64,000 nt of DNA from an uncultured Candidatus Saccharibacteria bacterium (GCA_964594415.1 CAZQLQ010000001.1:159265-223264), one strand, 5' to 3'. Positions 40,302 to 49,233 are shown, counted from the stretch's first letter. Translations and numbers: made by a program. The notes: generated by a model from the letters alone, not told the origin.

Positions 40302-40976
40302 TTGGCGCGAACGGTTAATCGATCAGAGAAGAGAACGAATGAATTCACATCAGTACTTTACAAGCAATTTTCTAAATACGGGTGTCCCTATTGTGGTGGC
40401 AAGAAAGGATTTAAATTTAACTTCAGGGCGGAGGGTTTTAGTTGGCAATGCGATGAGGAAAAATGTAAAAAGATTTGCTTTGTACTAGCAAAGGATCTTG
40501 GAGCGGTTCCTGATTACAAAGGAAATGTTATTCCAGCTCTTTCTTTTGATCAGTTTCCTGCCAGGCCGATGAAAAATCCAAGAGTAACACAACCTTTAGA
40601 AAAATGTGACGTGCCAGTTTTGATAAAGGATCGGAGCTACCGCTCAAGTTATTGTCTTTGCTTTGCATGTGAGGATAAGCGCTCTAGTCTTTATTGGTTG
40701 GAAAAGAGAAAGCTTGTAAGATTGGGCTTTAGTTCGAAAGAAGAAGCTGAAGCTGTTGTGCAGATGTTTGGTCACGGCGCCTTTATGAAAGATAAAAAGA
40801 AGGATAAATCCGGAGATTATACTGCATATGTAGGCGTCTGTAGAGAACATCAAGATAAGTTAGAATTCTTATTGAACAACCTTGAAGAATATCGGGGAGA
40901 ACTGATATTGAATCCTAAAAAAATTATGCATGCCCGAATCGTTATAATACATTGGATGACAAATGAAAATTATTAG
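40302..40976 (+). CDS. Paralog family C member 2: Cys-rich zinc-ribbon protein (TTG start)
   Basis: CPYCGGKKGFKFNFRAEGFSWQCDEEKCKK and CLCFAC...CREH align with the CDS at 39474. Confidence 0.6.
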   Translation: MARTVNRSEKRTNEFTSVLYKQFSKYGCPYCGGKKGFKFNFRAEGFSWQCDEEKCKKICFVLAKDLGAVPDYKGNVIPALSFDQFPARPMKNPRVTQPLEKCDVPVLIKDRSYRSSYCLCFACEDKRSSLYWLEKRKLVRLGFSSKEEAEAVVQMFGHGAFMKDKKKDKSGDYTAYVGVCREHQDKLEFLLNNLEEYRGELILNPKKIMHARIVIIHWMTNENY

Positions 40977-41041
40977 GCGTCCGGGAATTTATTAAATTCC
41001 TAAAAGCTAAAAAGCAAAAGAGGGAGAAGGGGGAGATTCTT

Positions 41042-41647
41042 TTGTCGGATAATTCGGATAATATAGCAACTGTGGATGCTGGAAAGTACAAAAAGAATAT
41101 TACCGATGTGCAGCTTCTAACTGACGAAGTGTATGGAAGACTTACTGTTGGCTCAAAGTTTTCTGCTAAGTTCCCATACCAGGCTATTTCATACGTGAGA
41201 TACAAGGATTCGAAAAGGAACATAGATACTGAAGATAAAAATATCTATTCTCAGTTTGACCTCGTAGAAATCAACGGAGCAAGATGGGCGTTTGCATATG
41301 GAAATACTTCCTGGAGCGACCCCGACATGCCATTTCTTATCGACATAGCGGCTGTCAAGGTGCTAACTACAAGCGATTATGAAACTGATATTGTTTCAGA
41401 GGTCCATAGGGCTTTATGTTATAACCACAATTTTTTAAGTAGCTTAATTGTGGCTTGTGAGGGTAATGTTTTATGGTTCAACGGGTCTAGTGTTTTCTCG
41501 CCAAAAATTGCCGAATTCTTTGAGAAGGAATTGCAGAAATATACCATACTATTACCGAGTGGTGAAATCTGGAGAACAGAATATAGAGCTGACCTGCCTG
41601 AAGTTCTTTCAGATCTCTTTATTTCTATTCTTTCCGAAAGGAGTTAA
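41042..41647 (+). CDS. Paralog family A member 3 (TTG start)
   Basis: EINGARWAFAYG, LIDIAAVKVL and NHNFLSSLIVACEGN align to family A. Confidence 0.55.
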   Translation: MSDNSDNIATVDAGKYKKNITDVQLLTDEVYGRLTVGSKFSAKFPYQAISYVRYKDSKRNIDTEDKNIYSQFDLVEINGARWAFAYGNTSWSDPDMPFLIDIAAVKVLTTSDYETDIVSEVHRALCYNHNFLSSLIVACEGNVLWFNGSSVFSPKIAEFFEKELQKYTILLPSGEIWRTEYRADLPEVLSDLFISILSERS

Positions 41648-41675
41648 TCAAGTTCTGTAATCTTTATGAATCATA

Positions 41676-41703
41676 AGCCCGCGAGCATTCGCGGGCTTTT
41701 TTT
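41676..41703 (+). terminator. Intrinsic terminator
   Basis: AGCCCGCGAGCATTCGCGGGCT plus TTTTTTT. Confidence 0.65.
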
Positions 41704-41708
41704 AACTC

Positions 41709-41737
41709 TTGACAAGCTCATAGTTAAATGTTATATA
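41709..41737 (+). promoter_or_regulatory. Promoter (TTGACA-17-TGtTATATA)
   Basis: TTGACAAGCTCATAGTTAAATGTTATATA. Confidence 0.5.
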
Positions 41738-41912
41738 AAAGGTAGTTATATCATGCATCTTGACAATCTGAGGAGAGAACGAGCATCTTTGGAGAAGGTC
41801 ACTTTGGTAGCCCGTAACAAAAGTATTTATCGTTTTATTATTTAGACTACTAAAACAAAAATCAAAAATTGCAGCGTAGGATTTGACTTATTACCTGAAG
41901 GAGGGGATTACG

Positions 41913-42467
41913 ATGTGTCTCAACGGCATATGCTCAAGATCGGTTTTGCTTGAAATCTACGAGAAATTTTTGAGAGAAAAAGGCAGCAGGAGATTAAGTT
42001 TTCCCAAAATAAACTCAAGGCTACACAATTCACGTACGGTTACGGTCGCGACAGCTTACTCGGAAGGAGTTCTTGTAAATCTTTCTGGGAGGAGCCTATT
42101 GGTTTCAGTAGGTACTAGCAGTGACCCAGGATATTCTAGTTACAGTAATAACTGCAACTTGTTTGTCCATCAGATGTTAAAGCACAGATTTAATGAGGAT
42201 CCGCTTGAACTTTTAGCTCAAGAAACGTTGAAAAGAATTGAGGGATTCAGAGGATCAATAATCTTCGGTGATTGCCACGGCTTTTTGCAGCTATTTGAGA
42301 GGGAAGGATCTCTATTCTGCTATTCTATCGCAGACATCCTTTCAAAGGAAAACAAGATACTCGTCGAGGAAGTTTCTGCCAAGCAAACGCCTTGTCCTCT
42401 ATATAGCAAGAAGATAGTAAGACCAATGTACGAAGTCCTAAGAGGGACTTTGATAAAAGAATTTTAA
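41913..42467 (+). CDS. Paralog family B member 3
   Basis: RRLSFPKINSRL and VLVNLSGRSLLVSVG align with family B. Start set at ATG after GAAGGAGGGG. The ORF track starts at 41883. Confidence 0.5.
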   Translation: MCLNGICSRSVLLEIYEKFLREKGSRRLSFPKINSRLHNSRTVTVATAYSEGVLVNLSGRSLLVSVGTSSDPGYSSYSNNCNLFVHQMLKHRFNEDPLELLAQETLKRIEGFRGSIIFGDCHGFLQLFEREGSLFCYSIADILSKENKILVEEVSAKQTPCPLYSKKIVRPMYEVLRGTLIKEF

Positions 42468-42504
42468 GAAAGGTGGAGTAAAAGTGGTGAATGAATTAGA
42501 TTAA

Positions 42505-42540
42505 AGCCGGTAATGTTATAACGTTACCGGCTTTTTCATG
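42505..42540 (+). terminator. Intrinsic terminator
   Basis: AAGCCGGTAATGTTATAACGTTACCGGCTTTTT. Confidence 0.6.
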
Positions 42541-42749
42541 TCCTTGAACTTATTACTTTTATAAAGGGAAAAGGTGCAGATACTTGACTTTTGTGCTCAT
42601 TTATGTCAATATATACATATAGTAGCTTGAAAACCGAATAAAAAGAGCTACACAGAGAAGGTTTCTCGAACTAAAACTTTTCAATCTTGGCACACAACCA
42701 AGCTTATTTTATAGTTGAGTTATTGTGACACGGCAGTAAAAGATAGGAG

Positions 42750-43397
42750 TTGATTGGGTTCAAGGAGAAAATATATTTTTTAATAGTCCTAGTTTCTCTA
42801 ATAACAGCTTCAAACTACACGTCTCATCCAAATTTAGCCCCACTCGCAGAAAATTCTGCACAACCTTCAGTGGTGATGGAGGAAAATTCTAGCGTTCCTA
42901 CAACTGAATTGCCGCCACCAATACTGATAAGTCCAGACCCAGTTCCGGCTCCGGTTCGAACCGAAACTGCTAACGTTTCTCGTGGAGGAGAAGTTTCTCG
43001 ACTTTCAAATGAGCAAATCATTTGGAATTTTTTGAGGCAATTTTTTAACGAAAAAGCAACCGCCGGCATTATGGGCAACATGGAATGGGAAAGTTCTTAC
43101 TCAACTGCTGATACTAGGGGCGGCTTAGGTCTTCTACATTGGATTGGTTCTCGCAGAGCAGAACTTATAGCCGAACATCCAAATGATTATTTAAATCTCG
43201 AAGTTCAGCTAGCCTATTTGATGAAAGAGCTAAACAAACCTTCCTACATCGGGACATATGAAAAATTAAAAAAAGTCACAACTGTTAATGAAGCCTGTAT
43301 TATTTTTCAGAACGACATCGAACGTCCTGGAATACCTAAACAAGCTGATCGTATTAGATGCGCAAATGAAATTTACCAAAAATATTCTGGCAAATAA
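42750..43397 (+). CDS. Secreted/anchored lysozyme-like peptidoglycan hydrolase (phage-tail-lysozyme-type domain), TTG start
   Basis: N-terminal signal anchor and Pro-rich linker. Then TAGIMGNMEWESSYS...GGLGLLHW...QLAYLM, which I recognise from memory as the phage_tail_lysozyme-type (PF18013-like) pattern. Confidence 0.55.
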   Translation: MIGFKEKIYFLIVLVSLITASNYTSHPNLAPLAENSAQPSVVMEENSSVPTTELPPPILISPDPVPAPVRTETANVSRGGEVSRLSNEQIIWNFLRQFFNEKATAGIMGNMEWESSYSTADTRGGLGLLHWIGSRRAELIAEHPNDYLNLEVQLAYLMKELNKPSYIGTYEKLKKVTTVNEACIIFQNDIERPGIPKQADRIRCANEIYQKYSGK

Positions 43398-43407
43398 TAT
43401 GACATTT

Positions 43408-43440
43408 GCCCTTGCCCGCGGTAAAACCGCGGGCTTTTTT
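43408..43440 (+). terminator. Intrinsic terminator
   Basis: GCCCGCGGTAAAACCGCGGGC plus TTTTTTTAT. Confidence 0.65.
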
Positions 43441-43472
43441 TATGTTAAAATGAGTAAAAGCGAAAGAATTTT

Positions 43473-44234
43473 ATGAGTACAAAAGCAGAACAGATCGCTG
43501 AACTAATAAAAGGTTCAGGACACACAATAATATTTACAGGAGCGGGAGCGAGTACCGAGGCGGGGATACCGGATTTTAGGAGTCCTGGCGGTATTTGGAC
43601 CAAATATGATCCTAGGGTGCTGGATATCAACTATATTTTGTCTAGCGATGAGGCAAAACGGGAATACTGGAAGTTCAACAAGGAGCTAGGGAAGATGACG
43701 GAGGGGTCAGAACCGGGAGATACTCATAAAATAATTGCTCAGCTTGAGAGCAAAAATCTGGTGAACACAATTATTACTCAAAATATCGATGCCTTGCATG
43801 AAAAAGCAGGAAGTAGGTCCGAAAATATTCTGGAACTTCACGGTAATGCGGCCAATGTAATCTGTATGAAATGCAAGGAAGAGTGCTCGATTTCGGAAAT
43901 TTTGAAGCGTCTTCAAGATGAAGATATACCGAGATGCGAGAATTGCGGAGGGATACTGAAGGTGGATTTTGTCTGTTTCGGAGAGCAGTTGCCGGCTGAT
44001 GTTTTGAACAGAGCCTTTGAAGAATCTTCGGCTTGCGATCTTTTTATAGTTATCGGTTCTTCACTGGTGGTAAATCCGGCAGCCCAGCTTCCGTATGTGG
44101 CAAAGGCAAACGGAGCAAAACTAGTAATTATAAATCTTTCCGATACTCCGCTTGATTCTTATGCAGACGTACTTTGGAACGTAGAATGCGATAAAGCTCT
44201 TTCTGAAGTAAAAGAAGCATTAGACTTAGAATGA
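43473..44234 (+). CDS. cobB: NAD-dependent protein deacylase, Sir2 family with zinc ribbon
   Basis: GAGASTEAGIPDFRSPGGIW, QNIDALHEKAG, Cys4 zinc module CMKC...CENCGG. Confidence 0.85.
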   Translation: MSTKAEQIAELIKGSGHTIIFTGAGASTEAGIPDFRSPGGIWTKYDPRVLDINYILSSDEAKREYWKFNKELGKMTEGSEPGDTHKIIAQLESKNLVNTIITQNIDALHEKAGSRSENILELHGNAANVICMKCKEECSISEILKRLQDEDIPRCENCGGILKVDFVCFGEQLPADVLNRAFEESSACDLFIVIGSSLVVNPAAQLPYVAKANGAKLVIINLSDTPLDSYADVLWNVECDKALSEVKEALDLE

Positions 44235-44248
44235 TACGAATAAAAGCG

Positions 44249-45367
44249 CTATTCGTTGTTTTGAGTTGATTGTTTTTCTCTCTCGGCTCTTCTTAATAAA
44301 TATGCAACCACTGTTGCTATTTGTTCGGATCTTATTAACGGCATATCGTGATTACCAAATTCTTTTCCGCGGGCCCATTTTATGTAGCTGCTATTTGGAA
44401 AAATCTTAGCTAAATTCTTCTCATGATATTCTGTGATTTCATCTTCTGAAAGCCCTTTTATGGCTGCTTTTTCAGTCTTTTCAGGCATGGAAACAGAATC
44501 ATTCATTCCTTGTATTAGCACTACTGGGCACTTTATTTTTTTGAGTAATGGACTTTGTTTGGCCATCTGTGATACTTCTTTTCCAAATCTTTTTGGATAT
44601 GAGAATCCTGATTTTTTAATTTCGCGGCCAAGGCCGATTGCAATATCAAGGCCTTCTTGAATAACTTTTTTTAGGGGAGATTTGAAAAAAGATGAGAGAC
44701 TATTTTCCATAAAATTGTATGCAAGTTCTAAGCTGCCTTGATCATATATTCCTACAGGGTCAAGCAGTATTACGCCGTCAAGCTCTATTTCGGGGTTCTT
44801 TTTTTTCAATATAGCAGCTAAGGTAGCTGCTTCTAAGCCCCCTTGAGAATGTCCCGCGAGAATTACTTCCTTTAGCCCTTGTTCTTCTATAAGCCTTCTT
44901 ACTGCTTCTGCCTCGGCCATTATTGAGTTGTCAACGATTTGTTCTGCTCTTGTGTCTATCGAATAAACCGCTGAATAACCGTTCTTTGTTACTTCTTCAG
45001 CTAGATTGTCAGCTAGGTTTTCGGGGGATTTGGCATCTACGTTCATACTCCAGCCATTGAAAAAAATCACATTATTCTTCGGATTTGTTATTTTTTCCTC
45101 GCCGGTTGTTTCGGGGAGAAATCGCCTCCATTCTACGGTGATAGTTTTTTTACCCACTTTTAGTTCAATTGTTCCACTGTTTCTTTCTTCGTGAATTTCG
45201 GATAGTTTCTCACGGACCTCTTTTAATCGTTCTTCATCATTCGTTCCAAATCTTTCTAATCGATCATCCGCATTTATACTATTATTTTCTCCTGACCCTA
45301 TGGCAATAGGGGATTCTTCTGTTTTTGAAACAAACTCTTCGTTATTTTCTGGTGAAAATTTTTCCAT
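44249..45367 (-). CDS. Alpha/beta-hydrolase fold esterase/lipase
   Basis: Nucleophile elbow GHSQGG within the typical alpha/beta hydrolase context. Confidence 0.65.
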   Translation of the reverse strand: MEKFSPENNEEFVSKTEESPIAIGSGENNSINADDRLERFGTNDEERLKEVREKLSEIHEERNSGTIELKVGKKTITVEWRRFLPETTGEEKITNPKNNVIFFNGWSMNVDAKSPENLADNLAEEVTKNGYSAVYSIDTRAEQIVDNSIMAEAEAVRRLIEEQGLKEVILAGHSQGGLEAATLAAILKKKNPEIELDGVILLDPVGIYDQGSLELAYNFMENSLSSFFKSPLKKVIQEGLDIAIGLGREIKKSGFSYPKRFGKEVSQMAKQSPLLKKIKCPVVLIQGMNDSVSMPEKTEKAAIKGLSEDEITEYHEKNLAKIFPNSSYIKWARGKEFGNHDMPLIRSEQIATVVAYLLRRAEREKQSTQNNE

Positions 45368-45491
45368 AAGGCAAGTGTATCACAAAAAATTTTTGCTATA
45401 AACAAGAAATTAATACGATGTACGTGCCTTGTTTTTGCGGGTAAAATTTGTTATTATTGAAATCCAAAAGTAGATAAGGAAAGGAGTGGTT

Positions 45492-45815
45492 ATGGCTATT
45501 GTTTATGTAGATGAGACAAATTTTGAAGATGAAGTGATTGCTTCGGACATGCCGATAGTGGCTGATTTTTTTGCTGAATGGTGTAATCCTTGCAGGATAC
45601 TGGGTCCGATTTTTGAGAATATGAGTGAAAAGTTCGAAGGGAAGATTAAATTTGTTGAAATAAACATTGATGAAGCTCAAGAGATTGCAGAAAAATACAC
45701 TGTTATGAGCATTCCAACGCTCTTGATTTTTAAGGGTGGAGAAGTTGTTGACACATTAGTTGGGCTTCAGGACGAAGAGTCCCTAGAAGAAAAGTTAAAA
45801 TCTTTAATTGCATAG
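45492..45815 (+). CDS. trxA: Thioredoxin
   Basis: WCNPC (WCxxC) active site. About 107 aa. Confidence 0.85.
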   Translation: MAIVYVDETNFEDEVIASDMPIVADFFAEWCNPCRILGPIFENMSEKFEGKIKFVEINIDEAQEIAEKYTVMSIPTLLIFKGGEVVDTLVGLQDEESLEEKLKSLIA

Positions 45816-45830
45816 AAGCGAAAGGACAAT

Positions 45831-47114
45831 ATGAAAGTAACGAGAGAAGACCTTGGCAGCAAGGTGAAGTTGGTTATTGAGGTAGAGAAGGACAAGTTAG
45901 TAGAAGCCGGCGATGTGGCCTTCAATAAGCTAGCGCCAACTGTAAAAGTAGACGGATTTAGGCCAGGAAGAGCGCCGAGAAATATTGTTATCAGAGAAAT
46001 AGGCCAGCAGGCATTTGATGCTGAAGTTCTCGATAATGCAATCGTAAGCACCTATTACGAAGCGGTTATTCAGGAAAAATTAGATGTAGTTGGCTCTCCG
46101 GAAGTCAAAATTATTAAATTTGTGCCGACTGATGAACTTACTTATGAAGCAACTGTAGAAATAATGCCGGAAGTAAAACTGCCGGATTTGACAAAAATTT
46201 CTGTTAAGAGAGAAACGCAAAAGGTTACCGAAAAGGAAATTCGAGAAGTTTTGGATGACATTGCCAAACAGTTAGCAAAAAACGTGAAATCAGAAAAACC
46301 AGCTGTTTTGGGTGATAGGGTAGAGATAAATTTTGAAGGATTCAAATGCGGAGTCCCTTTTGACGGCGGAAAAAGCGAGAATCATCCTTTTGTTCTTGGT
46401 GAAGGCAAATTTGTGCCTGGATTTGAGGATCAGATAGCCGGGATGGCTGAAGGCGAGGAAAAGGAAATCGAAGTTACTTTTCCGGCAGATTACCACTCGA
46501 AGGACCTAGCCGGGCAGAAGACGACCTTCAAGATCAAGATGAACCTTGTCGAAAATATCATTTTGCCTGAGCTTACAGATGAGTTTGCAAAAAATGTAGG
46601 TCCTTTTACTGATCTTGCACAGCTCAAGGCTGATATCGAAAAAGAACTTCTTTTTACCAAAGAGAGAGAAGCTAGAAAAAAAGTAGAGGACGAGATTATC
46701 GAAAAGCTAGTCGAGAAGACCAAACTGGAAGCTCCTCACTCACTCGTGCACCAAGAAACTCACAGATTATTGCACGAGATGGAACACAACCTTCAGCATA
46801 GCGGACTTTCGATGGAAAAATATTATGAGATGGCGAAGAAAACTGAAGAAGAAGTAGAGAAAGATCTCGAGCCGGAGGCAGAAAAGCGCGTGAAGGGAGG
46901 ACTGGTACTTTCACAAGTCGCAAGAGATATAAAGGCTGAAGCCACTGAGGATGAAATAAATGCCTTTATCACAGAAAAAACTGCGCTTTATCCCGAGGAA
47001 CAGAGAAAACAAGCGGAAGAATATTTCGATACTGATAATGCAAGGCGTCAGGTAGAAAATGCGATAGTCGGCCAGAAGGTAATGGACCACCTCTACGAAA
47101 CCTGTTCTAAGTAA
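45831..47114 (+). CDS. tig: Trigger factor
   Basis: N-terminal ribosome-binding domain (GFRPGRAPRNIV), PPIase middle region, C-terminal arm. Confidence 0.9.
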   Translation: MKVTREDLGSKVKLVIEVEKDKLVEAGDVAFNKLAPTVKVDGFRPGRAPRNIVIREIGQQAFDAEVLDNAIVSTYYEAVIQEKLDVVGSPEVKIIKFVPTDELTYEATVEIMPEVKLPDLTKISVKRETQKVTEKEIREVLDDIAKQLAKNVKSEKPAVLGDRVEINFEGFKCGVPFDGGKSENHPFVLGEGKFVPGFEDQIAGMAEGEEKEIEVTFPADYHSKDLAGQKTTFKIKMNLVENIILPELTDEFAKNVGPFTDLAQLKADIEKELLFTKEREARKKVEDEIIEKLVEKTKLEAPHSLVHQETHRLLHEMEHNLQHSGLSMEKYYEMAKKTEEEVEKDLEPEAEKRVKGGLVLSQVARDIKAEATEDEINAFITEKTALYPEEQRKQAEEYFDTDNARRQVENAIVGQKVMDHLYETCSK

Positions 47115-47126
47115 TTAATTATCCAA

Positions 47127-47161
47127 AAGGGGCTTTGGGAGTACTCCCAAAGCCCTATTTT
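47127..47161 (+). terminator. Terminator after tig
   Basis: GGGGCTTTGGGAGTACTCCCAAAGCCC hairpin plus TATTTT. Confidence 0.65.
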
Positions 47162-47163
47162 CC

Positions 47164-47425
47164 ATGTCATCCCTGGCGCCATTCCAGGGATCTATATAAA
47201 AAGTATAGATTCCAAGGCTTGACACTTGGAATGACAATGGTGTGTCATCCTCGCGAACGCGGGGATCCCTCTTCTCCTTGTCATTCTGTCCGACGACTCC
47301 GATGAGTTCGTGTCGGACTCCGTCGGAGAGCGTAGTCGAAGAATCTCGTCCTCCCATGTCATTCCAAGAGTCAATCCTTGGAATCCATTTCTTTGCCTGC
47401 CCGAACCTTCAAGGGGTGGAATGAA
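47164..47425. repeat. Mosaic palindromic repeat cluster R1 (GTCATYC...GRATGAC unit family)
   Basis: Consecutive short hairpin units: GTCATCCCTGGCGCCATTCCAGGGATC, GATTCCAAGG..CCTTGGAATGACA, GTCATCCTCGCGAACGCGGGGATC, a 68-bp unit GTCATTCTGTCCGACGACTCCGATGAGTTCGTGTCGGACTCCGTCGGAGAGCGTAGTCGAAGAATCTCG, GTCATTCCAAGAGTCAATCCTTGGAATCC. Individual units recur in clusters R2-R8. Confidence 0.8.
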
Positions 47426-47495
47426 TTTAGTTTTGTATACTTAAATATTTATATTTATTTGCCTATAATAAGGAAGAAAATAAGCAAATACTATA

Positions 47496-47887
47496 TGGAT
47501 GAACAAATAAAAACAAGTGAGATTATTGCAAAGTATAGAGGCATATATGAGGGACTAAAGCCGATATATTCTCCTGCGATTGGTGAAAAAGTTTATTTTA
47601 ATATGCCAGGATTTAAGCATCTTATATTTAAAGGAAAACATAGACGACAAACTAAAGCTATCCTTAACCGTTTAGTGCTTATACCCTTGATTGCGCCTGT
47701 AATAATAAATTGTAAAGAAGAGACAGAAATTCGCATAAGAAAAGAAAATATTGATGGTAAGAAAATTAGGGTTACTTATTATGCGCTCGAGGCTCATGTT
47801 GGTAAAGATAGCGTTCGAGTAAGAGTAATAACGCGAAAAGTTGGCGAAAAAGGAAAACATTATTTTCAAAGCATAATGAAGTATTAA
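47496..47887 (+). CDS. Hypothetical protein
   Basis: ORF after the repeat cluster, followed by a clean terminator. The 5' part of ORF-track entry 47378 lies in the repeat and is discarded. Confidence 0.45.
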
Positions 47888-47918
47888 AAAAAGCGTTTCA
47901 AATGAAACGTTTTTTTTG
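47888..47918 (+). terminator. Intrinsic terminator
   Basis: AAAAAAGCGTTTCAAATGAAACGTTTTTTTT. Confidence 0.7.
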
Positions 47919-48029
47919 TGCTTGTTTCCGACTTAGGAGATTTCACCTTGGCCGGTTCTAGGGCAAGCCCCACAAGCACAACTTCATTATATATCATTAA
48001 GAGTTTTTTGTAAATCCACCATCTTGTCG

Positions 48030-48240
48030 CTTGCCCGAACCTGTAAGGGGCGGGAAGGGTCTCTTTTACTTGTCATCCTCGTGCTTGACACGGGGATCTC
48101 TCTTCTCCTTGTCATTCTGTCCGACGACTCCGATGAGTTCGTGTCGGACTCCGTCGGAGAGCGAAGTCGAAGAATCTCGAGATCCTTCATTACATTCAGG
48201 ATGACATTGTATTTATTGTTCGAGCGCAGCGAGAACTATT
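48030..48240. repeat. Mosaic palindromic repeat cluster R2
   Basis: Contains TGCCCGAACCTGTAAGGGGCGGG unit, GTCATCCTCGTGCTTGACACGGGGATC, the 68-bp GTCATTCTGTCCGACG...GAATCTCG unit and CATTCAGGATGACATTGTATTTATTGTTCGAGCGCAGCGAGAAC unit. Confidence 0.8.
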
Positions 48241-48266
48241 AGTGTATAATTTTATAAGAAGGAGGA

Positions 48267-48641
48267 ATGATGGATCCTGTAATAATTGGTGTTATGGCTA
48301 TGATAGTCTTTGCAGCCATTTTAGGAGTTTTTGAGTGGGGTTCTTCGATAAATGAAAAAGAATCATATAAGACACGAAAAAAGGAGTCTAACACACTTAT
48401 AACGTTCGGAGCGGTTTTGTTAGGTATAAGCTATATCTTCGCTACTTCGTTGACTTTTCAAATTTATAATTATACTTGTCGGTTTTTTATTTTACTTCTT
48501 GTTATTACTACAATTTTATTGATATATTTTCACAACTTATATAAAAATAAGCTCTATTTTTATGTTATTTTAGTCCTATTTTTTTTTATGCTTTTTGTTT
48601 TCTATATGACGGAACATGCTTTTGATGGAGCATTGATGTAA
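48267..48641 (+). CDS. Hypothetical polytopic membrane protein
   Basis: TATAAT -10 and AAGGAGG RBS upstream. Hydrophobic throughout. Confidence 0.45.
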   Translation: MMDPVIIGVMAMIVFAAILGVFEWGSSINEKESYKTRKKESNTLITFGAVLLGISYIFATSLTFQIYNYTCRFFILLLVITTILLIYFHNLYKNKLYFYVILVLFFFMLFVFYMTEHAFDGALM

Positions 48642-48686
48642 TTTTAAAAAATAAAAATTATATTAACTGTTAAAAAGGAGGGGATT

Positions 48687-48779
48687 ATGGTAAAAATAGG
48701 ACTTATTGTCATTGTACTAATAATAATCATCGGTGGAGCTTACGCATCATATTATATGAGCCAGAAGAAGGATAAGTAA
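48687..48779 (+). CDS. 30-aa single-TM peptide (not in ORF track)
   Basis: AAAAAGGAGGGG RBS 6 nt before ATG. MVKIGLIVIVLIIIIGGAYASYYMSQKKDK. Followed by hairpin terminator. Confidence 0.3.
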   Translation: MVKIGLIVIVLIIIIGGAYASYYMSQKKDK

Positions 48780-48799
48780 TTTCTTCTGTTCCTTTTTCT

Positions 48800-49215
48800 T
48801 GATAAAAAGGAACACAAAAATCAAGAAAAACTGAACTCTTTTTAAAAAAATTACCCCTCTTTCAATATATTAAAGGAACTAGATCCCTGGAATGGCGCCA
48901 GGGATGACATCGGTATGAGGTAATTTTTTTAAAATGTCGGGCTACCGAGCCGAGCAGTTTTTCGGAGGGGGATCCTCTGTCATCCTCGACTAGTCAATTG
49001 AAAAATATAATCAGTTGATCGGGGATCTAGATTCCCGCTTTCGCGGGAATGACAATATTTCCCCCTGTCATTCTGTCCGACGACTCCGATGAGTTCGTGT
49101 CGGACTCCGTCGGAGAGCGTAGTCGAAGAATCTCGTCCGCCTGTTGTCATTCCTAGTCGCAAGCTAGGAATCCATTCTTTATATAGATCCCTGGGTTGGC
49201 GCCAGGGATGACAAA
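48800..49215. repeat. Mosaic palindromic repeat cluster R3
   Basis: GATCCCTGGAATGGCGCCAGGGATGACA, GTCGGGCTACCGAGCCGAGCAGTTTTTCGG unit, GTCATCCTCGACTAGTC..., GATTCCCGCTTTCGCGGGAATGACA, the 68-bp unit, GTCATTCCTAGTCGCAAGCTAGGAATCC. The 5' about 170 bp is colinear with R8 (62095-62240). Confidence 0.8.
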
Positions 49216-49233
49216 TTGTACTATAATACCTAC

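Noticed and set aside
43473-44234. Sir2-domain protein as a defence (NADase) effector
   Set aside because: It retains the Cys4 zinc ribbon and the canonical sirtuin motifs, and it sits in backbone context. A housekeeping deacylase is more likely than a defence-type SIR2.
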